Source: Octopus sinensis
Taxonomy: Eukaryota
Length of the DNA: 64,000 nt
Assembly (NCBI RefSeq): GCF_006345805.1
Contig: NC_043020.1
Coordinates: 1,736,001-1,800,000 of the forward strand
Reading direction: 5' to 3'
A program made the translations under genes and the position numbers. The notes beneath the pieces are model-generated. The model was given only the letters and a program-made list of their open reading frames with translations, was not told the origin of the DNA and ran no database searches. This document shows, one piece after another, positions 53,640 to 64,000 of the stretch; positions within the stretch are counted from its first letter, which is position 1, and each line of letters starts with the position of its first letter.

Positions 53640-55150
53640 TGAAAACACTGGTAATTGCGCAACCTGATAATCGCTACCTCATATGAGTGACAATGAAAAA
53701 AAGAAAATATTGTGAATAACGGCGAGAATGAAACTGAAGGCAATGATGGTGATAGTGTTCTACCCGGCAGGCTCAGAGATTCTGGCTTGGCTCCAGCCTG
53801 TCGATATCCAGAAAGGGACCACCACACACGGCGTAGATGGAGCAAGCAAATTAATGCTGTCGTCATGGAGTGTTACTACCTGAGCGGGACGGTAGATGAA
53901 AATGGTGCTCAAATTAGGGGTTACCAACAACGTATATATGATCATTGGAAAGAAAAGGGATTGTTTCAACTCACGGAACAGAGAGCATGTGATCAAGCAA
54001 GAGCAATAAGAAAAAATTGTTGGGTGACAGAAGTAGAGCTCGAAGCTATCAAAAGACGGGTCATGGAAAATATCAGCAGAGATAACAATGAAAATACAGT
54101 TCTTACTAGTAAGAGTAATCTCATAGCACAAGAAAGAACCAGTGGTATTTTCTTTTTATGAGAGACTTATAGTTGATCTAAAAAAAGACAATAAAACTAA
54201 TGGCGACATGACAGATGAACAAAAGGCAGTCTACGATAGAATAAAGTCAAGACTACAGGAGAACGATAGCGACATTATTTGCAACTTTGAATAGGTTGAT
54301 CGATGGAAATTGAACCAAGAAACGAAAAATGTGAATGAAATTCTGAAATACATCAGAACAAACAACATCACAGAAACAAATAATTTGATCAAGGCAGCAA
54401 GTATTGTTGTAGCCGAAAACGTGGGTGTTGACGCCAAGAAAAAGAAACATAATGGGAGTGACAAAAGAAACGATCCATGGTGGCTAAGAAGAATCCAGGC
54501 AGGGTTAGACATGCTCTCAAAGGAAATCTCTATGTTTGACCGAAAAGAGAAAGGGGAACTTAAAAGCGAACAAAAATACAGGGAGCTGAAAAGGAAATAT
54601 AATATTGAAAGAAAGGGCCTGAAAGTAGTAGTGGAGGAACTGAAATAGTGCCTCGTTGCAAACAAAGCAAACATGGTAAGATACGACCAAAGAATGAAGG
54701 GTTACCACCAGAATAGGTTATGCAGAGTAGATCAGAAGAGATTCTATAAAGAAATAAATGGAGGATGTACAGAGGAAAAATTGATACCAGATAACATTGA
54801 AAGTCAAAGGTTTTGGAGTGATATTTGGAGCAAAGAAAAGGATCACAAGAAGGATGCTGAATGGTTGCAAGAACTGAAACAAACAGTAGTCTATCCAAAG
54901 CAGGCAGAACTAGTCATTTCAGTTAGGGAAGTGAAGGAAATCAGCAAAAAAATGGGCAACTAGAAGGCCCCGGGACCAGATGGAGTTCAAGGCTACTGAA
55001 TCAAAAGATTTGATGAATGTCATGCACGAATAGCCGCACAACTCAACACCTTGTTAAATGCCGAACAAGTAATATCAGAGAGATTGGCAATGGGTAGGAC
55101 AGAGCTGTGCTTGAAAAACATCGAACGGTAGACAATTACAGGCCGATACA
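53640..55150 (+). mobile_element. R4/Dong-clade LINE, decayed 5' portion
   Basis: RRWSKQINAVVMECYY..GYQQRIYDHWK..TEQRACDQARAIRKN, PWWLRRIQ, QNRLCRVDQKRFYKEI, FWSDIWS, KAPGPDGVQGY; in-frame stops; breaks off at the start of the RT domain. Confidence 0.88.
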
Positions 55151-56204
55151 TGCATATGTATGTATATCAGTATCCAGTTTTATTTCAAGATATTTTGCCA
55201 ATAGAGAAAGAGTCGATTTCTAGCCTAGATCCAAGGTTTCTTCATTGGAATTTCAACAACATCAACAGGTTATTTTTGTATGTATGCTTGTATGTATCTG
55301 TGCAGATTTGTATGTTTTGTTTGGTGTATGTGTTCTTAATTTATATAGTCGCATGTATAGACATATGTATGTATGTACGTAAGCATGTACATATGTATTA
55401 TGTATGTGTGTATGTATGTATGTATGCATGCATGTATGTATGTTTGTATGTATGTATAAGTGACTAATGAAGAGGAATACTCTTATATTAAATGCTATAA
55501 AAATAAGACCTTGATTTATTGAAATTATCTTCCCTTCAAATGAGAGTAAGGAGATGCCTAGGGGCCATTGCATCCATCCCCTATTGGAAAAAAGGAATAA
55601 TCTAATGAGTCAAGTCTATACCGAAATTGACATTTCATTAAAGAAAAGACTGTCTGATTGTCAGGTGAAAAACAAAAATAGGAACGACCGCAATGTTGAC
55701 ATGTTTCTGCTTCAATAACTGTCTTCAGCACAGCTGATGTCCTATCTATATTTTAGCAGACGTGAGATATAGTCATATTGAAAAGCAGTAGAAAATATTT
55801 GCGATCACCCAAGTCTAAATGTTTTCTACTCTTCTGCATTTATAAGAGTTAACCAATAATTTGGTCTACTATTGAAAAAGAGACAATTTCATTAAACCAC
55901 GAATTTATTTTGTACGAATATATATTTATTCACTATACTTTATATTCATACACCCACTTATATTTGTAATATGTGTGTGCGTGAGTGTGTTTGTGAGTGT
56001 ATGTGTGTGTGTGCGTGTGTTTGTGTGTCTGTATCTTTGTCTCGAATAATAAATTAAAACTATTTTTCATATTGTTATGAAAAATATCTTTATCACATAA
56101 GATAAAATATTGTCTTTTTGCCACAAAAGTGTTTGAGCTATTGAAAAGCATATGCAATTATTTAGAATCCAGTAAATATACAATGCTGACTATATATACA
56201 TACT

Positions 56205-56238
<34 letters not shown>

Positions 56239-57029
56239 CATATATGTATGTATGTATGTAGTATGTATGTATGTATAGGAAAGTTCCTTTGAGTAATTGG
56301 ATAAAAGACATGAACAGTTTCTTAAAGATATGCATAAAAGCACAACATACATAACTAAATATATATGATGTTAAATCATATCCTCTTATACAAAAACCGC
56401 CACCTCCGGTATTGATTCTTTTACCTGCTTAGAAACCTGTAAATTCTTCCTCTTCAGTACTTCGATGTCAAATGTTTTAATTTCTAAGATTCGTTCAAAC
56501 TTGGGAGTGTTTTCCCGAAGTTGTTCTAAAGTCCGAGTTATTTCACTAAGGCTTTTAAGACGAGGAAAGTGTGTGGTTTAGTGGTTAGTGTAAACGGCAC
56601 GCGATTGTAAGGTCGTGAGTTCGATTCCCGGAACCGTGTTATGTCCTTGAGCGAGACGTTTTATTTCATGTTGCTCCAGTCCGTGTGTCCTCCCTGATAA
56701 CTACGTTAAGGGTTTGCGTATCTGTGAAGGGCTCACCCACTTGCACGTCAATTTCACGAGCAGGTCGTTTCGGTGTCGGTGAATCAAGTACCAGTTGAGT
56801 ACTGAGGTCGATGTAAACTACATACCCTCTCCCCTGAAATTGCTGGCCTCGTGTCAAAACTTTGAACCAATGTTTAATTGCAAATCTCTTCCGACTTATT
56901 ACGTCGACTTTGATTTTTATAATTTCGGTATCGATAAAAAAAGTACCAGTTGAGAACTAGAATCGATATAATCCATTTGCACCCTCCACATAAAATTACT
57001 GGCCTTGTACCAAAATTATAAACAGTTAT

Positions 57030-57192
57030 AGGCATAGGAATGGCTGTGTGGTAAATAACTTGCTTACGAACCACATGGTTCCGGATTTGGTCCTACTGCG
57101 TGGCACCTTGGGCAAGTTTCTTCTACTATAGCCTCAGGCCGACCAAAGCCTTGTGAGTGGATTTGGTAGACGGAAACTGAAAGAAGCCCGTC

Positions 57193-57235
<43 letters not shown>

Positions 57236-57450
57236 CATATGCTTGTGTGTCTGTGTTTGTTCCCCCACCAACCTAGCTTGACAACCGATGCTGGTGTGTT
57301 TACGTCCCCCGTAACTTAGCGGTTCGGCAAAAGAGTTCGATAGAATAAGTACTAGATTTACAAAAGAATAAGTCCTGGGGTCGAGTTGCTCGACTAAAGG
57401 CGGTGCTCCAGCATGGCCGCAGTCAAATGACTGAAACAAGAAAAAGAGCA
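57030..57450 (+). mobile_element. SINE family A, full length
   Basis: Family A structure. Confidence 0.9.
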
Positions 57451-58073
57451 AAACAGTTACAGTTTTATTGCGAATACTAAACCCCCTTTAGCAGTTAAGT
57501 CCGCTTCCCGACGTTTATTTCAGATGATTTTAATTTGTGGCGGCTAATTTCACAATCCTCGTTCTATTTTCACGACAAAAGGCAGACAGAACATTTCTGA
57601 ATATTCATAACTTTCGTTATAAATAAGCTTCGACAAATCTCTCACCAGAAAAAAATCCTATAACGATAGAAGTCTCTGATTCACTTGCATGACGTTAAAA
57701 CACAATCTCCTCTCCACTCTCCATCTCTCCACTCTCCATCTCTCCTCTCTCTCTCAATCTCTTACACATGTATGCATAAACACCCTCTACACCCTCTACA
57801 CACATATTGCGTTCATATTTGCTGTCTTGCCATTTTTATCTTCCATAAATACTCTAGGAGACAGCAGTAAGCATATCTTTTGTAGACACACAGTTCATTT
57901 ATATCTCTTTCTCACGTGCATGTACATTCAGAAAGACAACAGCGATATACATTTATAATTATCAAGTATGTCCATCGTTATATTTATTGAGAATGATCTT
58001 TTTCCCCCTCACTCATTTTAACAGCTTTCTGATAATCAAGTAACGAGGACGAATATTTATAGGGACTTTAGAA

Positions 58074-61000
58074 TATAGCATTTTAGTCATCATACCATTT
58101 TAGTCATATCATTTTAGTCATCATAGCATTTTAGTCATCATAGCATTTTAGTCATTATACCATTTTAGTCATCATAGCATTTTAGTCATTATACCATTTT
58201 AGTCATCATACCATTTTAGTCATATAGCATTTTAGTCATCATAGCATTTTAGCCATCATACCATTTTAGTCATCATAGCATTTTAGTGATCATAACATTT
58301 TAGTAATCATACATTTTAGTCATCATAGCATTTTAGTCATCATACCATTTTAGTCATCATACTATTTTAGTCATCATAGCATTTTAGTGATCAAACATTT
58401 TAGTCATCATAGCAGCATTTTAGTCATCATAGCATTTTAGCATCATACCATTTTAGTCATCATACTATTTTAGTCATCATAGCATTTTAGTATCATACCA
58501 TTTTAGTCATCATAGCATTTTAGTCATCATACCATTTTAGTCATCATAGCATTTTAGTCATCACACCATTTTAGTCATCATACTATTTTAGTCATCATAG
58601 CATTTTAGCCATCATACCATTTTAGCCATCATACCATTTTAGCCATCATAGCATTTTAGTCATCATAGCATTTTAGTGATCATAACATTTTAGTAATCAT
58701 AGCATTTTAGTCATCATAGCATTTTAGTCATCATACCATTTTAGTCATCATACTATTTTAGTCATCATAGCATTTTAGTGATCATAACATTTTAGTCATC
58801 ATAGCATTTTAGTCATCATAGCATTTTAGTCATCATACCATTTTAGTCATCATACTATTTTAGTCATCATAGCATTTTAGTCATCATACTATTTTAGTCA
58901 TCATACCATTTTAGTCATCATACCATTTTAGCCATCATACCATTTTAGTCATCATAGCATTTTAGTGATCATAACATTTTAGTAATCATAGCATTTTAGT
59001 CATCATAGCATTTTAGTTAGTCATCACATACCATTTTAGTCATCATACATTTTAGTAATCATACCATTTTAGTCATCATAGCATTTTAGTCATCATACCA
59101 TTTTAGTCATCATACATTTTAGTCATCATAGCATTTTAGTCATCATAGCATTTTAGTCATTATAACCATTTTAGTCATCATACCATTTTAGTCATCATAG
59201 CATTTTAGTCATCATACCATTTTAGTCATCATACCATTTTAGCCATCATACCATTTTAGTCATCATAGCATTTTAGTGATCATAACATTTTAGTAATCAT
59301 AGCATTTTAGTCATCATAGCATTTTAGTCATCATACCATTTTAGTCATCATACTATTTTAGTCATCATAGCATTTTAGTGATCATAACATTTTAGTCATC
59401 ATAGCATTTTAGTCATCATAGCATTTTAGTCATCATAGCATTTTAGTCATTATACCATTTTAGTCATCATACCATTTTAGTCATCATAGCATTTTAGCCA
59501 TCATACCATTTTAGTCATCATAGCATTTTAGCCATCATAACATTTTAGTCATCATAGCATTTTAGTGATCATAACATTTTAGTAATCATACCATTTTAGT
59601 CATCATACTATTTTAGTCATCATAGCATTTTAGCCATCATACCATTTTAGTCATCATAGCATTTTAGCCATCATACCATTTTAGTCATCATAGCATTTTA
59701 GTGATCATAACATTTTAGTAATCATAGCATTTTAGTCATCATAGCATTTTAGTCATCATACCATTTTAGTCATCATACTATTTTAGTCATCATAGCATTT
59801 TAGTGATCATAACATTTTAGTCATCATAGCATTTTAGTCATCATAGCATTTTAGTCATCATACCATTTTAGTCATCATACTATTTTAGTCATCATAGCAT
59901 TTTAGTAATCATACCATTTTAGTCATCATAGCATTTTAGTCATCATACCATTTTAGTCATCATAGCATTTTAGTCATCACACCATTTTAGTCATCATACT
60001 ATTTTAGTCATCATAGCATTTTAGTCATCATACCATTTTAGCCATCATACCATTTTAGTCATCATAGCATTTTAGTGATCATAACATTTTAGTAATCATA
60101 GCATTTTAGTCATCATAGCATTTTAGTCATCATACCATTTTAGTCATCATACTATTTTAGTCATCATAGCATTTTAGTGATCATAACATTTTAGTCATCA
60201 TAGCATTTTAGTCATCATAGCATTTTAGTCATCATCAAGTAATAGCATTTTAGTCATTATACCATTTTAGTCATCATACCATTTTAGTCATCATAGCATA
60301 TTTAGAGCATCAGACCATTTTTAGTCATCATAGCATTTTAGCCATCATAACATTTTAGTCATCATAGCATTTTAGTGATCATAACATTTTAGTAATCATA
60401 CCATTTTAGGTCATCATACTATTTTAGTCATCATAGCATTTTAGTCATCATACTATTTTAGTCATCATAGCATTTTAGTCATCATAGCATTTTAGTCATC
60501 ATACATTAGATCCATTTTAGTCATCATAGCATTTTATATCATCATAGCATTTTAGTAATCATACCATTTTAGTCATCATAGCATTTTATCATCATATAAC
60601 ATTTTAGTCATCATAGCATTTTAGTCATCATAGCATTTTAGTCATCATACCATTTTAGTCATCATACTATTTTAGTCATCATAGCATTTTAGTCATCATA
60701 CCATTTTAGCCATCATACCATTTTAGTCATCATAGCATTTTAGTGATCATAATATTTTAGTAATCATAGCATTTTAGTAATCATAGCATTTTAGTCATCA
60801 TACCATTTTAGTCATCATAACATTTTAGTCATCATAGCATTTTAGTGATCATAACATTTTAGTCATCATAGCATTTTAGTCATCATAGCATTTTAGTCAT
60901 CATAACACATTTAAGTCATCATACTATTTTAGTCATCATAAGCATTTAGTATCATCATAAATAAGCATTTTAGTCATCATAAGCCATTTTAGTCATCATA

Positions 61001-62368
61001 GCATTTTAGTCATCATCCATTTTTTAGTGATCATAACATTTTAGTAATCATAGCATTTTAGTCATCATAGCATTTTAGTCATCATACCATTTTAGTCATC
61101 ATACATTTTAGTCATCATAGATAGCCATTTTAGTGATCATAACTTTTAGTCATCATAGCATTTTAGTCATCATAGCATTTTAGTAGTCATCATACCATTT
61201 TAGTCATCATACTATTTTAGTCATCATAGCATTTTAGTGATCATAACATTTTAGTCATCATAGCATTTTAGTCATCATAGCATTTTAGTCATCATACCAT
61301 TTTAGTCATCATACTATTTTAGTCATCATAGCATTTTAGTCATCATAGCATTTTAGTCATCATACCATTTTAGTCATCATACTATTTTAGTCATCATAGC
61401 ATTTTAGTCATCATAGCATTTTAGTCATCATACCATTTTAGTCATCATACTATTTTAGTCATCATAGCATTTTAGTCATCATACTATTTTAGTCATCATA
61501 GCATTTTAGTCATCATACCATTTTAGTCATCATACTATTTTAGTCATCATACTATTTTAGTCATCATACCATTTTAGTCATCATATACATTTTAGTCATC
61601 ATACTATTTTAGTCATCATAGCATTTTAGTCATCTAGCATTTTTAGTCATCATCATACTATTTTAGTCCATCATACTATTTTAGTCATCATAGCATTTTA
61701 GTCATCATAGCATTTTAGTCATCATAGCATTTTAGTCATCATATACCATTTTAGTAGTCATCATAGCATTTTAGTCATCATCCATTTTTAGTCATCATAC
61801 TATTTAGTAGTCATACGTCCCATAGCATTTTAGTCATCATAGCATTTTAGTCATCATACCATTTTAGTCATCATACATGTTACCACCATTTTATCATCAT
61901 ATTTTAGTCATCACATTTTAGTTCATCATAGCATTTTGTCATCATAACCATTTTAGTCATCATACTATTTTGTCATCATAGCATTTTAGAGTCATCATAG
62001 CATTTTAGTCATCTGATCTCCATTTTCATCATCATAGCATTTTAGTCATCATAGTATTTTAGTCATCATAGCATTTTAGTCATCATAGCATTTTAGTCAT
62101 CATACTATTTTAGTCATCATACTATTTTAGTCATCATAGCATTTTAGTCATCATAGCATTTTAGTCATCATAGCATTTTAGTCATCATACCATTTTAGTC
62201 ATCATAGCATTTTAGTCATCATACCATTTTAGTCATCATACTATTTTAGTCATCATAGCATTTTAGTCATCATAGCATTTTAGTCATCATACCATTTTAG
62301 CCATCATACCATTTTAGTCATCATAGCATTTTAGTGATCATACTATTTTAGTCATCATAGCATTTTAG
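58074..62368. repeat. 17-bp tandem satellite, about 250 units
   Basis: Unit CATTTTAGTCATCATAG with a few recurrent variants (..CATAC, ..CATACT, GTGATCATAA, GTAATC, GCCATC). Confidence 0.99.
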
Positions 62369-63091
62369 CAAACTTCTTAATCACACAGCCATGCCTTTCA
62401 CAACCATATTTCTCTTTTCCTTTCCTATAGTTTTAAAGCCTTAGTTTGACATCTGATGACATTATTTTTAGTTTGTATGACGTCATCGGATAAGGACACT
62501 ACTGGATAAATATATTTTTCTTAAAATGGCTGTACTTTATGAAATTATGAAATTGTTTTGCAAGTAGGAAGATATAGTTAGAAAGGACAAACACTTCAGA
62601 ACTGCAAAACAAACCGATTGTGACTGATTGTTTCCTTTTATTTCTTTTCTTTTTTTTTATTCGAATTTTTGTTTGCCCTTGTTAATAAAGCAGCGATTTG
62701 GTTCCTTAAAACGATGTTCAAATTTAAACGAGAAATTCCGGTGGGTGGCTAATCAAAGACAATAGATTCATTTTCAGGATTCTTGCTGTTAAATTGCTGC
62801 CGAAATTTATGCTTTTTTGCAACGATCTTATGTTCAGAATTGAAGCGTTAAACAAGATGGAAGAGAGAATCTCTCTCTCTCTCTCCTTCTTTCTATATGC
62901 GCGTATGTATGCATGTATATTGTATATTCCGCCCTCTCTCACTTTCTTTCCTCCTCTATCTCTGTGTTTATATAAATAATATATATATATATATAAAGTT
63001 AATCCAAACAGAAAACAAAAAAGACAACAACGCATGGAGGTGGAACAATTAAAGTATTATTAGGCGCTCAGGAAAAAAGGGAAGAAGGAGG

Positions 63092-63126
63092 GTATGACGT
63101 TTCGAGCGGAGCTCTTCGTCGGAAAC
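63092..63126 (-). ncRNA. Minimal hammerhead-like motif
   Basis: Minus strand reads gttt CCGACGA a GAGC tcc GCTC GAAAC GTC atac. Confidence 0.55.
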
Positions 63127-63315
63127 ATAGGAGAAAGAAAGATCCCGAGGTGGGAGGACAGAGGGAAAAAAATTGCAAGTGGTCTCACGAGGTCGACATA
63201 CTGGAAATACATATATACACATATGTATAGGTACATACTCACATGTATATGTATATACACATGCACAAGTGGGCACAGGTCGTCACAAAATATAAACAAC
63301 AAAAAAATAGTGCTC

Positions 63316-63711
63316 TTTCTAGCACAAGGTTTTCCTATTTGGAAGCCTCTTGATGTGTTTTAATGTACACGATATTTCTATGTGAATAATATATAGTCTT
63401 TTGACTAATTCTTTTTTGTGCTTAGGCCACTGGTAATAATAAGGTCGCAAATTTTAGTTAATTTGCTTTGCGGGAGTAAGTATTTTATCGAAGGCGTATC
63501 TAGTCGTGAATTACTCGAAATACGGATTAGAAAAAACAGCCAACAACTGATGCAGAGTCATTTTTTGTATTGCTTGCCTTGTTTTCCATTTGTTTCTTTT
63601 GTTGCTTGCAAAAAAGTCCGTATTCCACGTGCTCGTACTTCGTACTTTTTGTTGTTTCTAGCACAAGGTTTATCCTATTTGGAAGCCTCTTGATGTGTTT
63701 TAATGTACACG

Positions 63712-63715
<4 letters not shown>
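63316..63715. repeat. Direct repeat of about 60 bp, copies about 340 bp apart
   Basis: tttctagcacaagg...aatgtacacgatat at 63316-63375 and 63655-63715. Confidence 0.85.
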
Positions 63716-63743
<28 letters not shown>

Positions 63744-64000
63744 TATATATATAATTGTTAAATTTCTAAATTTATATAAATTATTTTATGTATTGGCTTA
63801 AGTCTTTCTTTGTTTGATTTGCATAATAGTGGTTTTGTCTCTAATTTAATATAATTAATATATATATATAATATATATATATATATATTATATATATATA
63901 TAGAGAGAAGAGAGAGAGAGAGAGCTGCTACACACAAGTATACATACATGCAAACACACACACACACAAATACACACACATTCTGTCTACTTCGCTGTCT

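Noticed and set aside
53765-53820. HDV-like ribozyme near the R4/Dong 5' end
   Set aside because: An 8-bp stem (ggcaggct/agcctgtc) exists, but I could not assign P2, P3 or the catalytic strand.
58074-62368. CRISPR-like array
   Set aside because: The units are directly adjacent with no unique spacers, there are no cas genes, and the context is eukaryotic.

Overview
Repeat-rich, AT-rich eukaryotic DNA; the SINE families and microsatellite load suggest an octopus/cephalopod genome (inference). One host gene is clearly readable: the first five coding exons of mitochondrial isovaleryl-CoA dehydrogenase (IVD) on the minus strand (11192 to 2184, continuing off the left edge), none of which appears as such in the ORF track. 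The rest is mostly tRNA-derived SINEs, decayed LINEs (RTE, CR1-like, R4/Dong), DNA transposon fossils (mariner, maT-like, hAT), MITEs, a non-autonomous Helitron, microsatellites, one 100-N gap and a 4.3-kb 17-bp satellite. The most unexpected signal is a set of type I hammerhead ribozyme motifs from several unrelated non-coding repeat families: intact-looking at 48175-48281 and 50121-50208, minimal or decayed at about seven other sites. Several sit in direct or inverted repeats between (AT)n tracts, the architecture of Penelope-like pseudo-LTRs or retrozymes. All calls were made by eye, with no database searches; repeat boundaries are approximate.
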